NCBI GenBank assembly: GCA_965204725.1
Contig: OZ242005.1
Coordinates: 2,112,001-2,176,000 of the forward strand
Reading direction: 5' to 3'
DNA length: 64,000 bases
Origin: Candidatus Latescibacterota bacterium
GTDB taxonomy: Bacteria; Latescibacterota; UBA2968; UBA8231
The position numbers and the translations under genes are program-made. The notes beneath the pieces were generated by a model. That model worked only from the letters and a program-made list of their open reading frames with translations, had not been told where the DNA came from and searched no databases. Shown piece by piece: positions 38,021 to 47,679 of this stretch (positions are counted from its first letter, which is position 1; each line of letters starts with the position of its first letter).

Positions 38021-39490
38021 ATGCTGACGACGATTATCAAACGGGAATTTATCGCCCATCTCCAAAGCCTGCGGTTCAGCTTGGTGCTGGTGCTGTGCGT
38101 TGGCTTGATGGTGCTCAACGCGCTCGTCCTCGTCCACAGCACCTATCAATTCGAGCAAGATGCCTACATAGAAAACACCTCCCAGCAACACCAAAGGCTG
38201 CGCGATAATGGCGCCGCCGGTCTGTGGAAGCTCCTGCTCGCAGGGCCTGGGGTGCTTTATAAGCAACCTAGCGAATTGGCGTTTTGCGCTGGTTTCGCCG
38301 ACAACAAATTGCCTGACAAAGTAGAGGCTAAAGCGGACCTGATCTACATGATGTCAACTGTTATCGGAGGTAAGAGCATTGATAAGAGTTTCTATTGGCC
38401 GTGGATTCTATCTTTTTCGGCCGAACTAAAGGACACTCCACTACTCTCCATCTTCATCACCGTTGACTGGGTCTTTATCATCGGCATCTTGCTGAGCTTG
38501 GCCGCCTTCCTGTTCACCCACGACGCCATTGTCGGCGAAAAGGAGAGCGGCACCCTCAAGCTGGTCATGGCCAACAGCCTGCCGCGCCACACGCTATTGT
38601 GGGGCAAGTTCTGGGGCGCGATGATGGTCTTGATCGGGGTGCTGCTCCTCAGCGTAACTCTCAATTTGTTGATCGTCTTGATCCTCGCCAACCTATCGCT
38701 GGATTCCTCACACGCCGGGCGCATCGCAGTCATGGTCTTGATCTCGGGGGTCTATCTGGCGGGCTGTACCGCGCTGGGGTTGCTCATATCGGCGCGTAGT
38801 GCTACTAGGCGAGGCAGCCTGACGGCGGTGCTCTTCGTCTGGGTGGGTATGGTTTTGCTCTGGCCGCAGATGGGCAAGACCATCGCCGAGCTATTCCACG
38901 AAGAGGTACATGAGTTAGAACACACCAAGTACGTATATGAGTACGGCGACGGCTCTTTCACTTGGCATCCGATTCGGGGACGCGCCTTCAGTTTGGCGCA
39001 AGAGGGCGACCGGCTCGATCCGACGTTTATCAAGGAGTTTTCGAACGCGTTGCGAGAAGAACGGGCGCACCATCAAGAATTAGCAAATGCCCTGATGCGG
39101 CGTCGGGTACAACAGGTCAATTTAGCCCAAAACATCGTCCGGGTCTCTCCCATGGGCACCTACCAATACGCAATGGAGGCAATGGCGGGAACGGGCCTAC
39201 CGCGCTATCGGCATTTCGTCGATCAAGCGAGGAATTACGCCCAGCGTTTTGAGAGAACCCTGCTCGCCATAGACCGAGCCGACTGGCGCAGTCCACACGT
39301 TCCGCTTGTAAAGAATGGGCTGTCCGCGCAAAAGGTAGAGTTGGAGCAAATACCCGTATTTGCCGAAGACCTCTCGGCCACGTCGTTGGCTGGCTCAGCC
39401 GTCGTCGATTTGGTTTTGCTCGGCTTCTTTGCCGTGTTCACCTATCTGGCCGCATACTTGGTCTGGCTGCGCTCGTCGATTGCCGACTAG
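38021..39490 (+). CDS. ABC-2-type permease, subtype B4 (divergent)
   Basis: IIKREF start, IVGEKESGTLKL. Confidence 0.9.
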   Translation: MLTTIIKREFIAHLQSLRFSLVLVLCVGLMVLNALVLVHSTYQFEQDAYIENTSQQHQRLRDNGAAGLWKLLLAGPGVLYKQPSELAFCAGFADNKLPDKVEAKADLIYMMSTVIGGKSIDKSFYWPWILSFSAELKDTPLLSIFITVDWVFIIGILLSLAAFLFTHDAIVGEKESGTLKLVMANSLPRHTLLWGKFWGAMMVLIGVLLLSVTLNLLIVLILANLSLDSSHAGRIAVMVLISGVYLAGCTALGLLISARSATRRGSLTAVLFVWVGMVLLWPQMGKTIAELFHEEVHELEHTKYVYEYGDGSFTWHPIRGRAFSLAQEGDRLDPTFIKEFSNALREERAHHQELANALMRRRVQQVNLAQNIVRVSPMGTYQYAMEAMAGTGLPRYRHFVDQARNYAQRFERTLLAIDRADWRSPHVPLVKNGLSAQKVELEQIPVFAEDLSATSLAGSAVVDLVLLGFFAVFTYLAAYLVWLRSSIAD

Positions 39491-39500
39491 GGGTACAGTC

Positions 39501-40328
39501 ATGCCAATCCTTCTCGCGTTGGTGCTTTCATCCGGCATCGCCCACGCGGCCAGCCCCCCGTCGTTGGCAGTATCCTTTTCCAACTACGGATGGCAACTCG
39601 TAGATCAGGACGAAGACCATGCGGTCGCCTTGGCTTGCTTTCAATGGCGGCTGGGGCATCAATGGCAGGGTCGCCGCGACACCCTGGCGGCGGCTCTGTC
39701 CTACAAGCGCATTCGCTTGCACCAAAAGGCATATAATGGCGGTAGAAATGAGCTATTCAAGTATTCGTCCTCTTTTGACAGGAACACCACCTTCTACTCG
39801 ATGCCATTTGAATTCCGTTGGACGCGCCGCTGGAGTCAATCGTGGGCAACCACCCTACGGTTGACGCCAGCCCTTACCGCAGAGGATTTTGCCGATGAGA
39901 ATCGGTCCCCGATCTGGGGCGAGCTATGGGTGCGGCACAAGGGACTTGGTTTGGGCGTAGGCCGCCTTGAGGTATCGGGTCGGTTGCGCTGGTGGCCGTT
40001 GGTGAGCGTCCGCCACCAATGGCGTGGCATCCGCGTCGAGGGTCTGTTCCCGCGCTATCTCGAGGTGCAAAAGGGTTGGCTGAAACTAAAAGCTCGCCTT
40101 GAGGGGGCTACTTATCTAATAGAAGATTGGGATACCTTCCAACCGCTGTATTTTTCGCACTTGGCGTTGGGAGCGGCTCTGCTTGTGTCGGAAGGATCAC
40201 TGGCGACTGCTTTTGAGATAGGACGATCCGTGCGACGGCGGTTTGAAGTGGCGGGATCCAAATACTATCAGTATCAGACCATTGATAATGGATGGTATAT
40301 TCGCACCAACCTGAGCTACGCGCCCTAA
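39501..40328 (+). CDS. Putative outer-membrane beta-barrel protein
   Basis: Signal peptide MPILLALV..AHA, aromatic-rich alternating strands, C-terminal WYIRTNLSY. Confidence 0.6.
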   Translation: MPILLALVLSSGIAHAASPPSLAVSFSNYGWQLVDQDEDHAVALACFQWRLGHQWQGRRDTLAAALSYKRIRLHQKAYNGGRNELFKYSSSFDRNTTFYSMPFEFRWTRRWSQSWATTLRLTPALTAEDFADENRSPIWGELWVRHKGLGLGVGRLEVSGRLRWWPLVSVRHQWRGIRVEGLFPRYLEVQKGWLKLKARLEGATYLIEDWDTFQPLYFSHLALGAALLVSEGSLATAFEIGRSVRRRFEVAGSKYYQYQTIDNGWYIRTNLSYAP

Positions 40329-40345
40329 GAGCCTAGAAGTTGTAG

Positions 40346-41284
40346 TCAAATGCTACGGAAGCGTAGGGCGTCTTTTCGCATCGGCTCTAAGTACCCACCA
40401 TTGGGTTTCGTCGGATCGTACACGGGCTTGCCCATGGGGCGCGTCCGCAGCGTCCCATTCGCCAGGGCCTGCACTCGCTGCCACGCGATGTCCACATACG
40501 CTTGCTCAATGTCGCAGCCGTATCCGACGCGACCGTGAAGCAGCGCGGCAATAATCGAAGACCCAACGCCCATGTACGGGTCGAGCACACAATCCCCCTC
40601 GTCGGTCAGCGCGAGCACGAGCCGCTCGACCAACTCCACCGGGAATTGACAAGGGTGAATCGTCTTCTCGACGTGGTTGCTCTTTACATTCGGAAATATC
40701 CACACGTCGCCGGGGTTTTTCCCCTTTGGATTGCCAGACAGCTTGCCGGCCTTCGGCCCTTTGAAATGTCGCTTATTGGGGTACTTCGACGGGACGCGAA
40801 TCGCATCCAAATTGAACGAATAAGTATCGCTTTTCGTCCACCAGTTAATCGTTTCGTAGCGACCCGACAGCCGCTTGGTGCAGTGCAGGCCGTGCTCAAA
40901 GTGCCAGACGATGCGGTTCCGCAGCTTAAATCCATGCGATTTGAATACAGGATACAGAACCGCGTCAAGCGGTGTGATTTCGCCATTGGCTATGTAGTTG
41001 CCCGTCTGCCAGCAGATCGACCCCGCTGGGTGTAGTAAACGGGCACAAGCCTTGACTACGGCTTCTTGCTGGCGGATGTATGCCTCCAAGGAAGCCTTCT
41101 TCTCGTAGTCCTTGCCGATGTTGTAGGGCGGCGACGTGACGATCAGCTTCATGGATTCATCGGCCAAATCCTCCATAAAGCGCAGGTTGTCTCGACAAGC
41201 CATCTGCGGCACCGTTCCTTTGAGCCGCGCCTTCGCCTGCCGCTCGGGCATCTCACTGCTTGGCGGAAACAAGCCGATCGTCAT
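40346..41284 (-). CDS. Beta-class DNA methyltransferase (SPPY type)
   Basis: IVTSPPYN, HPCQFP and VLDPYMGVGS motifs; start chosen at MTIGLF. Confidence 0.9.
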   Translation of the reverse strand: MTIGLFPPSSEMPERQAKARLKGTVPQMACRDNLRFMEDLADESMKLIVTSPPYNIGKDYEKKASLEAYIRQQEAVVKACARLLHPAGSICWQTGNYIANGEITPLDAVLYPVFKSHGFKLRNRIVWHFEHGLHCTKRLSGRYETINWWTKSDTYSFNLDAIRVPSKYPNKRHFKGPKAGKLSGNPKGKNPGDVWIFPNVKSNHVEKTIHPCQFPVELVERLVLALTDEGDCVLDPYMGVGSSIIAALLHGRVGYGCDIEQAYVDIAWQRVQALANGTLRTRPMGKPVYDPTKPNGGYLEPMRKDALRFRSI

Positions 41285-41429
41285 TACGGCGTCCTCCTGG
41301 GTGGCTGTCCGTTGGCAAAAGTCTTCATCCTCCTCCCCTCTTCCCCAAACAAGGTCCCCATATATATCAGTCCTAAATGATTTGCAAGCATTGAATGTTG
41401 ATCGGTCCGGTCTGTTTTGCATATAAGGC

Positions 41430-41456
41430 GTCATTCCCGCGAACGCGGGAATCCAG
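41430..41456 (+). repeat. REP/dRS3-like palindrome, copy 3
   Basis: GTCATTCCCGCGAACGCGGGAATCCAG. Confidence 0.75.
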
Positions 41457-41501
41457 TCTTGAAGGATGTAGGACGGCTATATTCAGGGTTTCTCAGTCAA
41501 A

Positions 41502-41833
41502 TCACCCCGTGTCGCCCAAGTCTGCATCTTCGTCTTCGTCCACGACATTTATAGAAGAACCTCGGACATTTTCAACATCGAATTCCACATTGCTCCAACG
41601 AATTATTTCGTCTAGCACCTCAACGATGCGGCCTTGACGAGCCAAGCTGTCCGAAATAGCGACCAACCGTGGGATGTTAAAAATGTCCTCGATAGCGGCC
41701 ATATACCGCCGCACAATGTTGCGGACTCCATATTGTTCTTTAGCACCGTTTTCCAGCCGCGAGCGATCTTCCCAAACTCGCCAAACTCGCGCCTTACTTC
41801 CTCAATGATCTTGAGAGTAAAAGAATAGCTCAT
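41502..41833 (-). pseudogene. Degraded gene between the methyltransferases, possibly a restriction endonuclease remnant
   Basis: Two short overlapping ORFs in different frames; the first is coupled to the MTase stop by ATGA; AT-richer than the flanks. Confidence 0.4.
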
Positions 41834-42693
41834 TGCTCAAATAGCGTGAGGTTTTTGGACTCGCTAGAACACCCGTCCTCGTAGGACTTCAGCGGCCGGT
41901 GTAAGTGTTCCCCTTTGTACTCGGCAGCCAGTTCGAGTCGCCTAAGTCCAATTTTCAGGTAGTCCTCGTCAATCTCAATACTCATGCTTCTACGGTTGAG
42001 ATTGGCGGCAGCGCGAGCGGCCGTAAAGGTTCCGGCAAATGGATCGAGGACGACGTCGCCAAGGTTTGAACTAGCGGCAATAATGCGCTCTAGTAACGAA
42101 ATCGGCTTCTGCGCCGGATGTTCCTCGTACTCAGCCATCCGATAGCGCACTCGGGGAAAGTACCAAGCATTGCCCGGCACTTTTCTAGTATTGTATTGGG
42201 TGGGAACCGGCTTGCGATAGTCAACCAGTTTGCGCTGCGCCCCGGTTTTGGCCTCGACGAGGATGTCGTCTGCATTGAAGGTATAGTGCTTGGGATCCAT
42301 CACGCAGTGAAATATCGGCTCCCACAGGGAGCCAAAATGCCGCTTGGCTTGTACGCCGGAACTGTCGTAGTGCCAGACAATCCGCGAAAGAACGGTCAGC
42401 CGTTGGCGCAAGAGCAAATCAATCGGCGCGAAACACTGCGTCGCACACATTACATATAGGCTTCCGGTCGGCTTGAGCTTGCGAACACATAGATCGAGCC
42501 AGTGGGATACCCACGTGCAATACGCCTCTTGACTGGGCCACTTGTCGGGCCGGCCGTTGAAGTCTTTGCCGATATTGTACGGTGGGTCGGCAAAAATCAG
42601 GTCGATGCTGGCATCTAAAATCCGGTCCGACGCGAGAACCCTGAGCGCGTCGCCGCAGTAGATGGCGTGCTGTCCGTTGGCAAACGCCTCCAT
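41830..42693 (-). CDS. yhdJ: Adenine-specific DNA methyltransferase, YhdJ-like
   Basis: IFADPPYNIGK, YDSSGVQAK, KVPGNAWYFPRVRYRM, HPAQKP and LDPFAGTFT motifs. Confidence 0.85.
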   Translation of the reverse strand: MEAFANGQHAIYCGDALRVLASDRILDASIDLIFADPPYNIGKDFNGRPDKWPSQEAYCTWVSHWLDLCVRKLKPTGSLYVMCATQCFAPIDLLLRQRLTVLSRIVWHYDSSGVQAKRHFGSLWEPIFHCVMDPKHYTFNADDILVEAKTGAQRKLVDYRKPVPTQYNTRKVPGNAWYFPRVRYRMAEYEEHPAQKPISLLERIIAASSNLGDVVLDPFAGTFTAARAAANLNRRSMSIEIDEDYLKIGLRRLELAAEYKGEHLHRPLKSYEDGCSSESKNLTLFEQ

Positions 42694-42701
42694 CGCACCC
42701 C

Positions 42702-44377
42702 CTACTCCCCAAACAACGCCGCCACGTCCCGCTCCACCTTTTGCCGCCGCTCCCCAGCGGGCAGGTCGTCCAAGCAGCCCATCGCGCTGTAGAATTGGGC
42801 GTCGTAGTCGCGGGTCTTGATGACGACCGGCATGGGCACGGCGTGGCCGAGGATCAGGGCCTGCTGCTTGGAGTCGAGGCTGGCCAGCACACTGCGTAGC
42901 CCTTCGGTGCCGCTGACGCCGGTGAGCACGGCCTGAATGTCCTTTTCGTCGTTGAGCAGGGCCGTGATGCGCGTGCCGATCTGGGAGAGCACCTCGTCGT
43001 CAATGCTCGACGGCCGCTGATCGACGACCAACAGCGAGACATAGTACTTGCGCATCTCGCGGGCAATGGTGCCGAAGATGGTCTGCTTGGCGGCCGTGGG
43101 GTTGAGGAATTTGTGCGCCTCCTCAATGGTGATCATTAGCTGCCGCGGCTGGTCTTCAGGGCGCTGGGTGGCGTAGAAACGCTCGCTTTTTTTGACGTAC
43201 ATCTCGTGGATGCGCCGCGCGATGATGTTGGCCACCAGCAAATAGCACAGCATACTCGTCTGCTGCCCGAACTCCAGCACCACATTGATCCCCTTGTCGA
43301 GGTACTCCATGATGCGATCCACCACGTCGCCGCCCTTGTCGCCACCCTGTAGCTTGGAGACCATAAAGGGAAAGTTTTCGAGCCGCTTGAGCTTGCGATG
43401 CAGCGCGACTAAAGACCCGGCGTGCGCGCCGATTTCGCGGGCAAACTCTTCCACGTCGGGGCCTTCCAACCGCAAGAGTTGGCTCAGCCAGCGCTCCTTG
43501 TAAATCGCGTACACCAAGTAGGCCGACTCCACGGCCGTCGGGTTGAGCTTGAGCTCGTCTTGCAGCGGGGCAATGTCTTCGACTGTGATTTGGTCGTAGG
43601 AGATATAGACCTCGTGATCGGGCTGGACGCCGCGGGCGCGGGTCGATTGCGGGTCGAGGGAAAAAATCGCCACCCGCTCGCCGAAAAGCTGCTTGAGGCC
43701 CTTGACGAAAGTCGTGGTGGAGCCGTTTTCCTTCATGGCCTTGAACCCATACTCGTTGTGCATGTCGAAAATTAGGTTGACGGCCTTGTCGTAGTGAATC
43801 AGCCCGCACAACACCAGCCGCGTCAGAAAGGACTTGCCCGTGCCCGTCTTACCGAATATGCCATTGGAACGCTCGGCAAAGCGGATCATGTCGAGGCAGA
43901 CCTGCGTGTCCATGTCGAGCGGGTGCCCAATGCTGAAGTAGCGGCCCTCGGCGTCGCCCTCGCTGCCGAAGATCTTGGCCACATCGGCGGCCATGGCCTC
44001 TTGCACCTCGGAGAAGTGACTCGGAATGGCCTTGACCGGGCGCGGGCCTTCTTCGGCCGCCGCGTCTTGGGGCATCATCAGCATGGGCCGCAGCGAGACG
44101 ATGTTGTACGTGCTGGTGCCGGCGAGCACTTGGCGCAGAAGCGCGTCTTCTGGGCTGGGGGGATGCAGGAGAACCTCTTGGTTGTTGGCGTCGAGGCGCA
44201 TGTCGGTGACCATGGAGAAGAAGTCGTTTTTATCGCCCTCAATGACCACGAACTTGCCGGCCTTCATGTCCTCGACGTTCTGCTCGGGGTCCAGCTTCAT
44301 CTCCAGCCCCTCAACCAGCGAGCCTTTGGTAATCACCCAATCGGCTGGCCGCGCCCGTTGCCCGCGTATTTTGCCAT
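42702..44377 (-). CDS. herA: HerA-type ATPase/helicase with a 1-nt frameshift near 44336
   Basis: GKTGTGKS, IEEAH, AREMRKY and DQRPS motifs. MAKYAGNGRGQPIG joins VITKGSL if one G is added; otherwise a GTG start at 44336. Confidence 0.85.
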
Positions 44378-44379
44378 GG

Positions 44380-45048
44380 TTAGTTGACCACCCGTCGGAT
44401 AATTGAGCTGAGCCGATCGTAGTCTTCGCTGAGCAGGCGCGACAGCTCTTTGCCCATCTGCACCAGATAGGACTGCTCGCGGTTGTGGGCTTCCACCGTG
44501 TGGCGCAACACGGCGATTACCAGCTCGTCCGTGGGGATTTTGGACGTGTTGAGGATGCTGCGCAGATAGTCGTCGGTGCGGGTGAAGGACCGGACTTGCT
44601 CGTCTGAACACAAGTACACAAAGCTGTGGATGCGCGCCGGCTGCGGCGGCAGGACCTGCACGGCCGCGTCGCCGTGCAAGTGGCCGATGACGAGCGCTTG
44701 GAACTCCGTGCGCAACAGCTCGAAAATTTGCGGCTGCTCTAGGCGCAGCTCCTCTTCGGTCTTGCCGTAGGCGGTGGGCCGGCGGTTCGGCTCGATGGAG
44801 TGCGTGAAGACGTTGAACACGATGCCGACCACCGGCCGCTCGGCCTCCACGCGGACGAACTGCCCAAAAGAAGGCGCGCCGTGCAGCTCGCACGCTTGGG
44901 CGATCAACTCGGTGGTGCTGCTCTCGACCACTTCGCCCACGTGGGTCCGCTCGGCCCCAGCGTCGCCGGGCAGCGGCAGGGATTCGGGCAAAAAACGGCT
45001 CAGCGGGCCTCGATCTTGCGCTCGATCTCGCTCTTTAATGGTTTCCAC
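44380..45048 (-). CDS. HAS-barrel domain protein
   Basis: VGEVVESST, PSFGQFV and LPPQPARIHSFV motifs; lies between nurA and herA. Confidence 0.75.
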   Translation of the reverse strand: METIKERDRAQDRGPLSRFLPESLPLPGDAGAERTHVGEVVESSTTELIAQACELHGAPSFGQFVRVEAERPVVGIVFNVFTHSIEPNRRPTAYGKTEEELRLEQPQIFELLRTEFQALVIGHLHGDAAVQVLPPQPARIHSFVYLCSDEQVRSFTRTDDYLRSILNTSKIPTDELVIAVLRHTVEAHNREQSYLVQMGKELSRLLSEDYDRLSSIIRRVVN

Positions 45049-45060
45049 GGTTAGCCCCCC

Positions 45061-46296
45061 CTAAACGCCGGTGTAGCGCTTCTTAAAGCTCTTGGTTGAC
45101 AAGCGAGTTTGCAGGTCGTTTTTGACAAAGGTGTCGCGCAAAAAGCGATAGAATGCCTCGCGGTCCGCGCTGCGCACCACCGCGCGCTCGTGCGCCTCGG
45201 CCAAGGCGACCGGATAGCCTTGGCCCTTTTCGGCTTGGTCGCACAGGCAGGCGTGGACCAAATCGAGCAAGGCGCGGTCGGTCGCCACCCACTCCGGGAC
45301 TTCGACCCGCCCGATCTCGGCCCCTACGTGCAGGTAGAAGTAGTAGATGTGATGCGGCCCGTACTCCCCGAGGATTTTGGACGCGCTGCGGTAGAGCGGC
45401 GTGCGCTGCCCCGAGCGGAGCACCCGCCGCACCAAGACCGCGTCGCTCAGCCCCTCAAGGGGGCTACAAGGCAAGCCGCGGCCCTGCCACAAATCCCCTT
45501 GCAGGGCGGCGAGCTCTTCGCGGCTGAAGTGGAACTGGTTTTTTTCTTGATAGGGGCAGCGATCGCAGTTGGCCGTGGCGAGCGGGCACAGGCCCAGCTT
45601 GAGGGCGTTGATCAACTCTTGGCTCCCGGGCTGGCTGATGTACCCAGCCACCGGCACCCGCGCTGCGCGCAATTCGTCCAGGGCCGCCAAGGTGGCCTCT
45701 AGGTGCGCGGCGCGGAAGTCCTGCGGCTTGCCCTCCAAGTTCCACAAAATCAGGGTGCCGTCGGAAAGCGCGAGCGTCCGGTGCCCCTCGGCGTGGGCGG
45801 CCAACGCCAAATCGGCCAACTCGGTGAACTCCATGAGGCCGCGCTTGAAACCGACGAGCTCGCGGTTGACAAACACCCGCGCCCCGCCCCATTCCTCGTA
45901 GATTTCCTCCTCTCGGTAGTACAGCCGCGGCTTGCTGCTCATCAGGGGCTTCTCGCCGGTGCCGTAGTGGAGCAAGATGTAGCCGATGTTAATCAGAAAG
46001 CAGGCCGAGATCTCGTGGCGGTCGGGGAAAATTTGCGAGCCGTCCGTGGCGGCGATGCTGATGGGGCTCGGGCGGGCCGGCGGATCGATGCCGCCGCCTA
46101 GGCCCTCGCCCAAGCCGGGCAACAGCCAAGAGGTGCGGCTCTCGTCAATTTTGCGGGCCAAGCGCTCCCACTCGGGCAGCCAGCGCCGGTATTGGGCCAG
46201 CGCCAATTCGAGCTTGGCGCGAAAGTCCTCTTGAACGCGGCGCTCGTCGGCCACCATGCTGTCGATTTGGGTCTTTACTGAATACAGATCCAACAT
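45061..46296 (-). CDS. nurA: NurA nuclease
   Basis: ATDGSQ, SDGTL, RVEVPEW and GYPVALAEAHERAVV motifs. Confidence 0.9.
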   Translation of the reverse strand: MLDLYSVKTQIDSMVADERRVQEDFRAKLELALAQYRRWLPEWERLARKIDESRTSWLLPGLGEGLGGGIDPPARPSPISIAATDGSQIFPDRHEISACFLINIGYILLHYGTGEKPLMSSKPRLYYREEEIYEEWGGARVFVNRELVGFKRGLMEFTELADLALAAHAEGHRTLALSDGTLILWNLEGKPQDFRAAHLEATLAALDELRAARVPVAGYISQPGSQELINALKLGLCPLATANCDRCPYQEKNQFHFSREELAALQGDLWQGRGLPCSPLEGLSDAVLVRRVLRSGQRTPLYRSASKILGEYGPHHIYYFYLHVGAEIGRVEVPEWVATDRALLDLVHACLCDQAEKGQGYPVALAEAHERAVVRSADREAFYRFLRDTFVKNDLQTRLSTKSFKKRYTGV

Positions 46297-46347
46297 GGCA
46301 TTAGCCTTGCGAGACGCCCGGGACCGACCGCGACGCGACGCGCGCAT

Positions 46348-47022
46348 TTATTCGGCCTCTTCCCACGTTTCGCCCCCGTCAATCGAAAAGCGCGTGTGTG
46401 CGCGCCAAGCCGCCCAATCGCTGCCGGTGCGGGCCAAGTCGGCCGCGGCGGTCGCGGCGACGTATTGGCCGACCTCGCCGCTGCCGTCGGGCCGGTTGGT
46501 CTCGATGCGGATTTCCCGGAACTCGACGCGGCCCTGCAATAGCTCGGACGCGCCGCGCTGCACGGCAAAGGCGCGCCGCTCCCACGCCTCGCGCTCGAGA
46601 TCGCGGACGCGGAAGCGCAGCCACAACCGGCCCAAGTCTTCGTCCAACCCAACCCCGTAGAACATCCCATAGCGGTCGTTGACCAACTCCCGGATCCGGG
46701 GACGCTCGTCTTGCAGCGGCGGGATCGGCTCTTCCTCCGGCTCATCGCGCCCCTCCTCCTCGGCCACGTAGCCTTTCAAGGAAGGCCCCCAAACCCAGCC
46801 TTCGACGCGGAAGCGCACCCAGCGGCCCTCCTCGCCGATGGCTTCGACCTCCGTGCCAGCCAGCAGCGTGCCCAGCTTGGTGCCGTTGGGCGCGGCGCGA
46901 AAATTTTCCACGCTGGCTTCGACCGCGTAGGTGGAAGCATGGCGCAGCTTGGCCGCCACTCCGCCCAAGGCCAAGGCCGCGACTAAGGCCGCGCCTAGGG
47001 CGCATTTAGACAATCGAGACAT
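46348..47022 (-). CDS. Exported SH3-like domain protein
   Basis: Signal anchor MSRLSKCALG; NFRAAPNG...GRWVRFRVEGWV. Confidence 0.7.
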   Translation of the reverse strand: MSRLSKCALGAALVAALALGGVAAKLRHASTYAVEASVENFRAAPNGTKLGTLLAGTEVEAIGEEGRWVRFRVEGWVWGPSLKGYVAEEEGRDEPEEEPIPPLQDERPRIRELVNDRYGMFYGVGLDEDLGRLWLRFRVRDLEREAWERRAFAVQRGASELLQGRVEFREIRIETNRPDGSGEVGQYVAATAAADLARTGSDWAAWRAHTRFSIDGGETWEEAE

Positions 47023-47596
47023 AGTAGAATTGCCGCCCGCCGCCGGCGACCGACCCATCGCGCAGGCGGCACACCAGCCCGAGGCGTTGCAGGGCGTTGA
47101 GGCGGTTGCAGACGATGTTGATGTTTTTGCCGAGCGCGCCGGAGATGGCAGCCGAGGTCGCGCACTTGTGAGCGAGCAGCACATCGAGCACCTCGCGCAT
47201 CGGCGTCTTGAGCACTCCGAGCACCTCGACGTGCTCGCCGTCTTTGTACAGCGCGGCCAACTCGCGGAGCTGCAACACGGCCGCGATGGTCTCGCGCACC
47301 GAGATATTGGCGTCGGCAATATAGACGTAGCGCCGCCCGAGCTCGCCGCTGGCCAAGCGCAGGAGCAGCTTGTTGAGCATCTCGTCGGCGCACGAGACAT
47401 CTATGAAGGAAACGCGGGAAAAGCAAAGCGGCGTGGCCGCGTCGGCCGGGCCGCTGAGCAGGTGCTGCATCAATTCTGCGAGCAACTCGGCCCCCCGAGG
47501 CCGCCCGCTGAGAATGCCCTGTTCGCCCGCGAAAAGGTACGCGGGGGCTTGGTGTATGGCCTGTGGTTGTACGCGCTCTTCAACGGCTGAATCCAT
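47006..47596 (-). CDS. STAS-like plus winged-HTH protein
   Basis: FSRVSFIDVSCADE; C-terminal TSAAISGALGKNINIVCNRLNALQRLGLV. Confidence 0.7.
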   Translation of the reverse strand: MDSAVEERVQPQAIHQAPAYLFAGEQGILSGRPRGAELLAELMQHLLSGPADAATPLCFSRVSFIDVSCADEMLNKLLLRLASGELGRRYVYIADANISVRETIAAVLQLRELAALYKDGEHVEVLGVLKTPMREVLDVLLAHKCATSAAISGALGKNINIVCNRLNALQRLGLVCRLRDGSVAGGGRQFYYVSIV

Positions 47597-47650
47597 GAGC
47601 CGCGCCTTTCCCGGAATTAAAAAAATAGCTTAACTGTATCCAATTAAAGA

Positions 47651-47679
47651 AACTTACGCGGATATTTCCCGGGTGTCAA
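47651..47679 (-). promoter_or_regulatory. sigma70-like promoter TTGACA-N17-TAAGTT
   Basis: Read on the - strand upstream of 47596. Confidence 0.6.

Noticed and set aside
42702-46296. HerA as an anti-phage system (Sir2-HerA type)
   Set aside because: The partners are NurA and a HAS-barrel protein, the DNA-repair arrangement.
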